DNA from: Candidatus Dojkabacteria bacterium
GTDB taxonomy: Bacteria > Patescibacteriota > Dojkabacteria > GCA-002793355
Direction of reading: 5' to 3'
NCBI GenBank assembly: GCA_030583685.1
Contig: CP129470.1
Span: 84,345-148,344, forward strand
DNA length: 64,000 nt
Shown here: piece by piece, positions 37,267 through 45,824 of the stretch
How positions within the stretch are numbered: position 1 is the first letter of the stretch
How the letters are laid out: every line of letters starts with the position of its first letter
Translations under genes and position numbers: made by a program
The notes under the pieces: model-generated
The model's input: the letters and a program-made list of their open reading frames with translations, nothing else
Told to the model about the DNA's origin: nothing
The model's database searches: none

Positions 37267-38331
37267 ATGAATTCAATGACTAAATACGCTAAAAAAATTC
37301 TTCCTCCCGTTCTCCTTCTCGCACTCTATTTTTTGATTTATTTTGCGAGCTCCTTCCCTCAAGAAGATGTCACACAAAAGGACCTAGAAGCGGATATGCC
37401 GCTTATTTTCACAAGTTCCTGTGAGTACTCACATATTCCACTCCTTCTTACCGATACAGGTACAACAATCTGTGAATCATCAACAACCATATACCTCTAC
37501 ATACAAGGTGAGAAAGTCACGCTACTCAAAAAAGATACCAACACGCCAAGTTTTGTACCGAGTTCCCAACAATTACTCGTCGGTTTTAGAGAGAACGTCC
37601 TGCTTCTTTTTTCAGTCTCGACAACTAACACACTCACTGAGATATTCTCATTTGCCATGCCTCCAGAACAAACGCCTATCTCCCTATTCTTTACTCGTCA
37701 TCCCAAAACGGAAGAGAGAATAGTATACCTTTCAGCACAACAACTTGCGCAATCGCCAAGTGAGGTAAAATCGGTACAATATGAATTTACAATTTCCACA
37801 AAACACGAAATTGCGGTCAGGCAATTACGCTCAGTTGAGATGTTAAAAGTGGTCGCTGCATTTCCAGAATACCAAACCATCGTCATGACAGAATTATTTC
37901 CATTTCTTGCACAAAAAGTGTCACTTGTACAGTGGGGAGAAACCCCGCGCCTAACGCCACATCCCTGCACATCCACGGCTCGTCCTCTCCCTGCGGATGC
38001 TCCTTTATTCACGAGTGACGGCTGCCGCCTGCTCCCACATCAAAATTATCTCGAAATTTCGGCCTCTTCAGGACAACAAACAACGAGGCCCTTTAATGCT
38101 AACTTACTAATTTCGACCCACGATGGGGTCATTCAACGAAGCGAACAAGAGCAGCAACTCCTTTGGAAACCAAGTGATTCACCCCAGGAAACCGTCATTT
38201 TTCATAGAATTCCCGATAATCTGGTTCTATTCGGTCAATCCAGTACAAGAATTGGCAAAAGAGTGTATAATTGCTTTGACTTCACTGAGTCACCTGAGAT
38301 AACTTTGCGTATGTGTATACCGATACTATGA
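37267..38331 (+). CDS. Hypothetical secreted protein
   Basis: N-terminal signal peptide or anchor 'KKILPPVLLLALYFLIYFASSF'. No family recognised. 10 nt downstream of the M23 protein gene. Confidence 0.4.
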   Translation: MNSMTKYAKKILPPVLLLALYFLIYFASSFPQEDVTQKDLEADMPLIFTSSCEYSHIPLLLTDTGTTICESSTTIYLYIQGEKVTLLKKDTNTPSFVPSSQQLLVGFRENVLLLFSVSTTNTLTEIFSFAMPPEQTPISLFFTRHPKTEERIVYLSAQQLAQSPSEVKSVQYEFTISTKHEIAVRQLRSVEMLKVVAAFPEYQTIVMTELFPFLAQKVSLVQWGETPRLTPHPCTSTARPLPADAPLFTSDGCRLLPHQNYLEISASSGQQTTRPFNANLLISTHDGVIQRSEQEQQLLWKPSDSPQETVIFHRIPDNLVLFGQSSTRIGKRVYNCFDFTESPEITLRMCIPIL

Positions 38332-41285
38332 AACGTTTTTTTTCGAAATTATTTTCCCCTAATGAAAGGGAAGTTGCGAAAGCATGGAAGTTAGTTGAAA
38401 AAATTACTGCGCTTGAATCTTCAGTAGAGAAACTCTCAGACGCCGAATTGAAAGAGTCAACCAACTATTTTCGTAAGGAGTTAGGAATTGATATAGAGGA
38501 ACGTCGATCATCGGAAATTTACTACGACGTCAACTACCCGTTACTTGACAAAAAGCAACTTGAAACAGAAAGGGCAAAGCTCCTCTCCTTATTGCCAGAA
38601 ATTTATGCTCGCGTTCGAGAAGCTGCAAAAAGAGTCGCAAAACATAGGCATTTCGATGTACAGTTGATTACCGGTATTCTCTTGGCACAAGGGAAAATTA
38701 CAGAGGTTTTTACGGGAGAAGGAAAAACAAACTCCTCAATTCTACCAGTATATTTGTATTCACTTCTCGGGCATGGAGTTCATGTTGCAACCGTCAACGA
38801 TTATCTTGCAAAACGTGATGCTGAATGGGGAGGACAGGTGCTTATGGCACTTGGAGTAGAGTCAGCAGTTATTACTGGCGAAGGAAGCTACGAAATCATT
38901 TCCGACGAAGAAGTTGTGAAAACATACGGAGAGGATGCCAAAACGTCACTTGCAAAAAAAGACATGGCAAATATGTCTACCATGACGGGAACAAACCTTC
39001 GAAAGATTACTAAAAAAGATGCATATCTGAAAGATGTTGTGTATGGACAGGCGAGTGAATTTGGGTTTGACTATCTCCGAGACAACAGCGCGAAAGCATT
39101 AGAAGATCGCGTTCAGCGTCGGTTTGTCTTCGCAGTCGTTGACGAAGCCGACTCTATCCTGATCGACGAAGCTCGAACTCCATTAATCATTTCAGAACCT
39201 GATTCACAACCAAGCGACGTTTATGCTCGTTTTGCCACAATTGCAGCAGAGCTAATACCAGAAGAAGACTACACCGTTGATGAAAAACGACATGCTGTTG
39301 TACTGACTGACATGGGTATCAAAAAAGTTGAAGGAATGTTTGGAGAAGAAGACATCTGGAGTAATAGCATCTTCATACGACATATGGACAATGCGCTCAA
39401 AGCAAAGGCACTTTATCGATTAGATAAAGAATATATTGTTCACAATAACGAAGTACTCATTGTCGACCAATTTACTGGCCGAGTACAACCCGGAAGACGA
39501 TACAGTGAGGGACTTCATCAAGCAATTGAAGCCAAAGAGCGAGTTCCCATTAAACAGGAGAGCAAAACATTGGCTACAATCTCATACCAGAACTATTTCC
39601 GTATGTATTCCTACTTGTCGGGTATGACAGGAACTGCAATGACAGAAGCTGAAGAGTTCCAGAAAATTTATAAACTTGATGTTGTTCGTGTCCCAACCTA
39701 CAAAACAGTCATCAGGGATGATATGGCTGATCTTATCTACAAAAATGAAAAGTCAAAATTCGCTGCTGTTGTTGAAGAAATAAAAAAAATGCATGAAGTA
39801 GGGCGCCCTGTACTTGCTGGCACAACATCAATTGAAAAATCCGAATATCTCTCAAGCCTCCTGAAGAAGGAAGGAATTCCACACCAAGTGCTCAACGCGA
39901 AACTACACGAAAAAGAAGCGAAAGTCGTTGCACAGGCAGGACAAGAAAGAATGGTCACCATTGCCACCAACATGGCAGGTCGAGGGACTGATATTAAACT
40001 TCCAGAAAAGGTAAAGGAGCTTGGTGGACTACACATTATTGGGACAGAGCGCCATGAAGCTCGACGAATCGACAACCAACTTCGAGGACGTTCAGGTCGT
40101 TTGGGTGATCCAGGTTCTTCCAAGTTCTATCTTTCGCTCGAAGACCATTTGATGAGGGTGTTCGGTGGTGACATGATGAAAGCAATAATCGGAAATTCAC
40201 TTCCAGAAGGTGTTCCGCTTGAATCAAGAATGCTCACCAATATATTGGAAAAGGCGCAACAAAAAGTTGAATCCCTCAACTTCGATACACGAAGAAGATT
40301 AGTCGACTATGATGATGTTCTGAACCAGCAAAGAGAAATTGTCTATAAATTGCGAAAACTCATTCTCATTCAATTACACGTCGAAGAATACCCAGAATTA
40401 GTCCGTATCTCTATTCCTTCAGAGAAAACCCTCTCGTTTTTGAAAGCTTTGAGACAATTTACCTTGAAAAAACCAACCGATGCGAAACTTCGTGCATTTG
40501 TTTCAGGAAGCTTCATGGATTATTCCCTTAGATTGTGGGCTTTAAAACAAATTATTGTTCAGATTGAATCGACACTAGGGGAAATTACGACACTAGGAGT
40601 AAAAATGACACCGAAGCAGGCTGGATTACTGTTTGACTATCTCGACACCTGTATTCCAGACGAGATGCAAGAAGCAGCTGCAAAGCAATTTGGGTTTACC
40701 TCCTACGATTCTTTCAAAGAGACTTTGATTACCGTGAAAAAGAAATCTGCAGTGCTCCACGCAGATACACTCGTTAACTTACTCACAGAATCACTCTTTC
40801 TCGAGCTCGAGTCTCTACAAACAAATCTCCCAAATAAAGAATTTGAACGATACCTCATTATGTCTTCACTCGATTATTTGTGGATGGATCATATCGATGC
40901 AATGTCTGATCTACGAGAAGGTATTGGATTACGGGGCTACGCTCAGAGGGACCCATTAGTAGAGTACAAGAGAGAAGGGGTTATTCTTTTTGAAGAATTC
41001 TTTGCTGCACTTGGAGATATGGTTTCACGGAAAATGTACAGACTTCGCGTCAACGATAATAAAGACTCACTACCAGAAAATGCAGCAATGCGTCTTCCTA
41101 TTCCGAAACAAGGAAGAGCAGCAGTTAAAGATGCCGTTAATGCGGTGCTCAGTAACAGAATTGCACGACAGCAAGATATTGAATCTGCAAAGTCAAAGCT
41201 CCGAGTCGGCAGAAACGATCCATGTCCTTGCGGTAGTGGGAAAAAATACAAAAAATGCCATATGCAGGCCGATTTATCCCAATAA
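38328..41285 (+). CDS. secA: Preprotein translocase ATPase SecA
   Basis: Start at 'MKRFFSKLFSP' (ATGA overlap). DEAD-motor motifs ('TGEGKT', 'VVDEADSILIDEARTPLIIS', 'TNMAGRGTDI'). C-terminal zinc finger 'CPCGSGKKYKKCH'. Confidence 0.9.
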   Translation: MKRFFSKLFSPNEREVAKAWKLVEKITALESSVEKLSDAELKESTNYFRKELGIDIEERRSSEIYYDVNYPLLDKKQLETERAKLLSLLPEIYARVREAAKRVAKHRHFDVQLITGILLAQGKITEVFTGEGKTNSSILPVYLYSLLGHGVHVATVNDYLAKRDAEWGGQVLMALGVESAVITGEGSYEIISDEEVVKTYGEDAKTSLAKKDMANMSTMTGTNLRKITKKDAYLKDVVYGQASEFGFDYLRDNSAKALEDRVQRRFVFAVVDEADSILIDEARTPLIISEPDSQPSDVYARFATIAAELIPEEDYTVDEKRHAVVLTDMGIKKVEGMFGEEDIWSNSIFIRHMDNALKAKALYRLDKEYIVHNNEVLIVDQFTGRVQPGRRYSEGLHQAIEAKERVPIKQESKTLATISYQNYFRMYSYLSGMTGTAMTEAEEFQKIYKLDVVRVPTYKTVIRDDMADLIYKNEKSKFAAVVEEIKKMHEVGRPVLAGTTSIEKSEYLSSLLKKEGIPHQVLNAKLHEKEAKVVAQAGQERMVTIATNMAGRGTDIKLPEKVKELGGLHIIGTERHEARRIDNQLRGRSGRLGDPGSSKFYLSLEDHLMRVFGGDMMKAIIGNSLPEGVPLESRMLTNILEKAQQKVESLNFDTRRRLVDYDDVLNQQREIVYKLRKLILIQLHVEEYPELVRISIPSEKTLSFLKALRQFTLKKPTDAKLRAFVSGSFMDYSLRLWALKQIIVQIESTLGEITTLGVKMTPKQAGLLFDYLDTCIPDEMQEAAAKQFGFTSYDSFKETLITVKKKSAVLHADTLVNLLTESLFLELESLQTNLPNKEFERYLIMSSLDYLWMDHIDAMSDLREGIGLRGYAQRDPLVEYKREGVILFEEFFAALGDMVSRKMYRLRVNDNKDSLPENAAMRLPIPKQGRAAVKDAVNAVLSNRIARQQDIESAKSKLRVGRNDPCPCGSGKKYKKCHMQADLSQ

Positions 41286-41338
41286 GCATAACTCGCTGTT
41301 GAAATTCAGAAAAATATCGGCTTACTTGTATTATTGCA

Positions 41339-41367
41339 TTGACACACGAGACCCGATATGTTAAAAC
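41339..41367 (+). promoter_or_regulatory. Possible promoter (TTGACA-17-TAAAAC) upstream of the first surface-cassette gene
   Basis: Perfect -35 at 41339-41344. Weak -10 (final C). The gene start is 28 nt downstream. Confidence 0.25.
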
Positions 41368-41395
41368 TTTCCAGTAACTTTTTACTGCCAAATAT

Positions 41396-42418
41396 ATGAG
41401 TATGTTGACAAAATTATCTCCCGCCAAGTTTTCTCTCCTTGGGTTTTACTTGCTTGCCGTTCTCGTCTTTTTCTCGGCTTTACGGAGCGTCGAAGCAGCA
41501 GGAGTAGGAGTTACCATCTCTCCAGCAGCTCTAACCTCAGCAACAGATACTGATGTCACCTTTAGTTATGTTGCTTCAGCACAATATGCAAGCGGTAATA
41601 CGGTATCAATCACTGCTCCTGCGGGAGTAACCATTCTAAACTGTTCATCAGGCACAACAGATGCAGATGGAGATTCAACTCCCGATGGTTCCGGATCGGT
41701 GGGAGGCCAAACCTATACCTATACCTTCACTGCTTCAACGACGACAGCAACAACGACCGGTGTAGATTTTTGTATAAATCTCGAAGCAACAACAGGAAAC
41801 TACGGAATTACTTTTGTTGACAGTAAAACAGTATCCTCAAACAACGATTATGGTGCCGCGCTCATCTATGTTGGAAGTGCAAACGTCGTTACTGTTTCTG
41901 CAAACGTACAACCTGCCCTTGCCTTTGTCATTCGAAATTCTGATGATGATGGCAATACAAATACCTGCGCATTGGGCACATTAACACTGGTTGCCGTCAA
42001 CACCTGTTCCTATAGACTGAAAGTTACCACGAACTCAGGTTCAGGATTCACCATTCAAGTCGATACTGATGGTGATTTGAGACGTTCCGGATCGGGTGAT
42101 GTTGCAGACATCAATGATATTGACCTAGTGACAAACAACACACTTGTTACTGCAGGAACAGAAGGGTATGGAATTTCATTAAACGGTGGCTCAATCACTG
42201 GTGGTTCGGTTACAGAGTCCGGCGACTTCGCAACCGACGATACTCCATTACCAATTAGTACCCCAACAAACCTTCTCACCACAAACGGAACAAACAACCC
42301 AGGTACAACTGACACAACAAACACAGCCCTCGTGACTCACCGTGCAGCAATGGACGGTGACACTGCCACTGGTAACTACACGCAATTAGTTACCTACACT
42401 GTCTCCGCATCATTTTAA
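41396..42418 (+). CDS. Secreted Thr/Gly/Asp-rich beta protein, cassette copy A1
   Basis: Signal peptide 'LLGFYLLAVLVFFSALRSVEA'. Conserved blocks shared with A2 ('LRRSGSGDVAD', 'GNTNTCALGTLT', C-terminal 'TGNYTQLVTYTVSASF'). Confidence 0.5.
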   Translation: MSMLTKLSPAKFSLLGFYLLAVLVFFSALRSVEAAGVGVTISPAALTSATDTDVTFSYVASAQYASGNTVSITAPAGVTILNCSSGTTDADGDSTPDGSGSVGGQTYTYTFTASTTTATTTGVDFCINLEATTGNYGITFVDSKTVSSNNDYGAALIYVGSANVVTVSANVQPALAFVIRNSDDDGNTNTCALGTLTLVAVNTCSYRLKVTTNSGSGFTIQVDTDGDLRRSGSGDVADINDIDLVTNNTLVTAGTEGYGISLNGGSITGGSVTESGDFATDDTPLPISTPTNLLTTNGTNNPGTTDTTNTALVTHRAAMDGDTATGNYTQLVTYTVSASF

Positions 42419-42427
42419 AAAACAAGT

Positions 42428-43357
42428 ATGGCACGAGATTACGGTTACATTATCAGTCCCTCGCTTACACGGTATACATTTGAACCTGGTACTACCGTTC
42501 GCGGAAAGTTCACACTCACTAATTCTTTCGTCACCGATGCGCCAGAAGCTCAGACGTTTATCATTTCATATCGCTTTATCTTTCAAGAGCAAGGGAAAAA
42601 GAATATTTACGAAACAACCCCAAGCGGAAAAGGACAATACGATTTAACGCCATGGATTTCTTTGGGAAGAACAGAGGTTACACTTGGACAAAACGAAAGT
42701 GTCGATATTCCATACACAATTACAGTTCCCTCGAATCCCTTACCAGGTGGTAAATATGCCGCAATACTGATTCAAAAAAAATCCTCCGGTGGTACCCTAA
42801 CTTCGTCAGGTGCATCACTTGATGATCGCGTCGCGTATCAAATAATTGGGAAAGTTGCAGGAACAGAGAAGCGAGAAAGCGAGATTGTTTCATTCGGCAG
42901 CGACAAGTCAGTTTATTTTATGTGGCCAAATGAAGTAGTTACCTTTACTATCTCTGCTAAAAACAATGGGAATGTTGAATTCCTTCCGAGCGGAGATATT
43001 TTTGTACACCAAGGAGCAATCACTGGCGCAATTTGGAATGAAAACTTCAACCCTGAGCAATTGGTCATCCTTCCTGAAAATGCGAGAAGTTACTCCGTTT
43101 CTTGGGAGGCAAAAAAGGGTTTTTTTAGAACCGATAAAGAAGGGTTAACCATTAATCTTGACTATTTTAGAATCGGTAAATATCACGCAACCGCGAAAAT
43201 TGGTTATGACCAAAATAATAATCGAGTTGTTGCTGATAGAGTAGTTGATTTTTGGATTATCCCAATACCTTTACTTGTTGCGGTGCTCAGTTTAGTTGCT
43301 GCAGGAATTTTATTATCACTGGTCAAAAAATTGCTTACCAAAAAAAAGAAGAAATAA
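42428..43357 (+). CDS. Beta-rich protein with C-terminal TM anchor and poly-Lys tail, cassette copy B1
   Basis: No N-terminal signal peptide. 'IPYTITVPSNPLPGGKYAAILI' block. C-terminal 'FWIIPIPLLVAVLSLVAAGILLSLVKKLLTKKKKK'. Paralog of B2. Confidence 0.5.
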   Translation: MARDYGYIISPSLTRYTFEPGTTVRGKFTLTNSFVTDAPEAQTFIISYRFIFQEQGKKNIYETTPSGKGQYDLTPWISLGRTEVTLGQNESVDIPYTITVPSNPLPGGKYAAILIQKKSSGGTLTSSGASLDDRVAYQIIGKVAGTEKRESEIVSFGSDKSVYFMWPNEVVTFTISAKNNGNVEFLPSGDIFVHQGAITGAIWNENFNPEQLVILPENARSYSVSWEAKKGFFRTDKEGLTINLDYFRIGKYHATAKIGYDQNNNRVVADRVVDFWIIPIPLLVAVLSLVAAGILLSLVKKLLTKKKKK

Positions 43358-43362
43358 TTGCT

Positions 43363-44400
43363 ATGAAACTGCCTAAAAATCATACTTTTGCTAAACGATT
43401 GCTATTTAGTAGTATTGTTGCAGGATTTCTGTACTATACAATCTCACTCGTTTCTGCTGCAGGCACAGCGGTTACCCTTACTCCCGCTGCTTTAGCTGCA
43501 AACACTGGTACCGACGTACTCTTTACCTATATCAGTTCGGATGAATATCAGATGGGCGACTCTATAGAAATTGTTGCACCCGCAGGGGTTACCGTTACCA
43601 ATTGCGCTGCACCGACAACCGATGCAGATGGTGATACAACAACAGACGGAAGTTCACTTGTTGTTTCCCAAACCTACACCTATCTGTTTTCAGATGACAC
43701 AACCGATGCGACAACAACTGGGGTCAGCTTTTGTGTTAACTACGAAGCACCCACGGGAAATTACGCACTAACCTTTATTGATACAAAAGCAAATTCTGCA
43801 AACAACGACTTTGGTGGTGCATTACTCTACGTCGGTGATGCTAATGTCGTTGTTGTCTCCGCACAGGTACAGCCTATCCTGTCATTTACCATCAGAAATG
43901 CTGCTGATGACGGAAATACTAATAGCTGCCCCCTCGGTGTGTTGACACCTGCAGCAGTGAGCGAATGTTCGTACAGACTAAAAATTGGAACCAACTCTAG
44001 TTCTGGATATGTTGTCAGTATTAGCAGTGATGGAGATTTACGGCGTTCTGGATCTGGCGATGTTGCAGATTCAGAAGATATTGACCGTGTCACCGACGAA
44101 TCTGGCACAATCTCAGCGGGTACCGAGGCCTATGGACTTGCTCTCCTCGGAAATTCTACCAGTACCAGTACTCCCGTAACAGAAGGAACCGAAACCGGTT
44201 TTAACTTCAGCACTGACGATTCACCCATTCCAATAGAGGGAACTAATGGAACCAAGGTACTTTACACATCAACAACCATGAATGATCCGACCACGCTTTC
44301 ACATTCTGCACTGGTTACTCATAGAGCAACCGTTGATACAGGAACATTAACAGGAAATTATCAACACCTCGTCACCTACACCGTCATTGCAAACTTCTAA
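43363..44400 (+). CDS. Secreted Thr/Gly/Asp-rich beta protein, cassette copy A2
   Basis: Start placed at 'MKLPKNHTFAKRLLFSSIVAGFLYYTISLVSA' just after the B1 stop. Colinear with A1 over its whole length, ending 'TGNYQHLVTYTVIANF'. Confidence 0.5.
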   Translation: MKLPKNHTFAKRLLFSSIVAGFLYYTISLVSAAGTAVTLTPAALAANTGTDVLFTYISSDEYQMGDSIEIVAPAGVTVTNCAAPTTDADGDTTTDGSSLVVSQTYTYLFSDDTTDATTTGVSFCVNYEAPTGNYALTFIDTKANSANNDFGGALLYVGDANVVVVSAQVQPILSFTIRNAADDGNTNSCPLGVLTPAAVSECSYRLKIGTNSSSGYVVSISSDGDLRRSGSGDVADSEDIDRVTDESGTISAGTEAYGLALLGNSTSTSTPVTEGTETGFNFSTDDSPIPIEGTNGTKVLYTSTTMNDPTTLSHSALVTHRATVDTGTLTGNYQHLVTYTVIANF

Positions 44401-44401
44401 T

Positions 44402-45337
44402 ATGGCAGAATTGAGAGAGTACGGACATATAATCAATCCGATACTTACCAGACAAACTTTATCCCCAGGTTCAGTTATTTCAGGAAGTTTTAGTTACTCA
44501 AACTCGTTTGCCGATTCTGAAGTAACTGAGCTTACCATGAAAGTTGTGCCGCAATTTGTGTTCCAACAAGACGGCACCCCAACACTCTTTGAGACGACAC
44601 CAGGTGAGTTACTCAAATACGATATGAGCGACTGGATAACGGTGGCGCAAGATCGGGTTACGATAAAAAAGGGCGAAAGTATTACCATTTCCTACACCAT
44701 CACCGTGCCGCAGGATGCAAATCCAGGAGGTAAGTATGCAACCATCTTACTTGTACCTGACCAAATTCAGGAAGAGAGCACGCGGAACGAAGCAAAATTA
44801 AATGCTCAGGTAGGGTTCACGATACTTGGTTCAGTACCGGGTGAGGTATCGAGTAATAGTCAGATTCTCGATTTTACTGTTGATAAGCACATTTATTGGC
44901 TGTGGCCACAGGAGCGAATTTCCTTTACAACAACAGTTGCAAACACAGGAAATGTTGATTATTTGCCGAAAGGAAACATCTTTTTGCATTCAGGGGACAT
45001 TACCACTCCAATCGCTTCCCTGAGTATTAACAGTGAAAACCTTGTTGTTTTGCCAGAAAATGGTCGCACCTTTAAGAATTATTGGGAAAAAGATCCCGCT
45101 TTGTTCAAACTCACTGAGAACGGAGTATTCCTTAACACTGACTATTTCCGAATAGGGAAAATTACGGCAACCGCAAAAATTGGGTATGACGTCGAAGGAC
45201 AACGACTTATCGGTGAACGAGAGGTCTCTTTCTGGATATTGCCATTGCCTGTTATCGTTGCTATACTGATTCTGATTCTAGTAAGTTCTGTAGGAGCAAA
45301 AATATGGAAAAAGCGCAAAAACCAATTGCGAAAGTAG
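44402..45337 (+). CDS. Beta-rich protein with C-terminal TM anchor, cassette copy B2
   Basis: Start at 'MAELREYGHIINP' just after the A2 stop. 'ISYTITVPQDANPGGKYATILL'. C-terminal 'FWILPLPVIVAILILILVSSVGAKIWKKRKNQLRK'. Confidence 0.5.
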   Translation: MAELREYGHIINPILTRQTLSPGSVISGSFSYSNSFADSEVTELTMKVVPQFVFQQDGTPTLFETTPGELLKYDMSDWITVAQDRVTIKKGESITISYTITVPQDANPGGKYATILLVPDQIQEESTRNEAKLNAQVGFTILGSVPGEVSSNSQILDFTVDKHIYWLWPQERISFTTTVANTGNVDYLPKGNIFLHSGDITTPIASLSINSENLVVLPENGRTFKNYWEKDPALFKLTENGVFLNTDYFRIGKITATAKIGYDVEGQRLIGEREVSFWILPLPVIVAILILILVSSVGAKIWKKRKNQLRK

Positions 45338-45630
45338 GTGGTCAAAAAGAATACAGTGTTGTTAAAATGACTTGTGAGAACTGTGGTGAGGACGTCTATT
45401 ACGTCTTTGCCTGCACACATTGTGGTGAGTATCTTTCGTTTTCTGAAGCGACACCCATGACAAAAGAAGATTTGAAAAAATTACTCGAAGAAGATGGTAA
45501 AGAAGTCAAAGGTGACATTAAACCAATACTTGCGACAGGTGATGAATTTGATGATGTCGACGGAGATGTTGGATCATTAGAGGTTGAGGAAGTTGACGAT
45601 TTGTACTCAGGCCCATTCAATCCGCTATAA
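45304..45630 (+). CDS. Small zinc-ribbon protein with acidic C-terminal tail
   Basis: 'CENCGEDVYYVFACTHCGEYL' (CxxC-x10-CxxC), then 'DEFDDVDGDVGSLEVEEVDD'. The start may be the internal Met at 45367. Confidence 0.4.
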   Translation: MEKAQKPIAKVGGQKEYSVVKMTCENCGEDVYYVFACTHCGEYLSFSEATPMTKEDLKKLLEEDGKEVKGDIKPILATGDEFDDVDGDVGSLEVEEVDDLYSGPFNPL

Positions 45631-45719
45631 GTGCGGAGAATATTCATTCGCATACAGGACGTTTTCTTTCTGACGGCCTCTCACTTTTTTGAGATAATGA
45701 TTCTTCAGTGTAAATGCGT

Positions 45720-45725
45720 TATAAT
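45720..45725 (+). promoter_or_regulatory. Candidate -10 hexamer (TATAAT) 8 nt upstream of tRNA-Val
   Basis: Perfect TATAAT, but no well-spaced -35 (TTGAGA lies 25 nt upstream). Confidence 0.25.
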
Positions 45726-45733
45726 TCAGGTAC

Positions 45734-45810
45734 GGGAACATAGCTCAGCTGGTTAGAGCATTCCGTTCACATCGGAAAGGTCACAAGTTCGAATCTTGTT
45801 GTTCCCACCA
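45734..45810 (+). tRNA. tRNA-Val (anticodon CAC), CCA encoded
   Basis: Acceptor GGGAACA/TGTTCCC, D-arm GCTC-AGCTGGTT-AGAGC, anticodon stem TTCCG/CGGAA with loop TTCACAT, T-arm ACAAG-TTCGAAT-CTTGT, discriminator A, then CCA. Confidence 0.8.
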
Positions 45811-45824
45811 AATCATAACAAACT

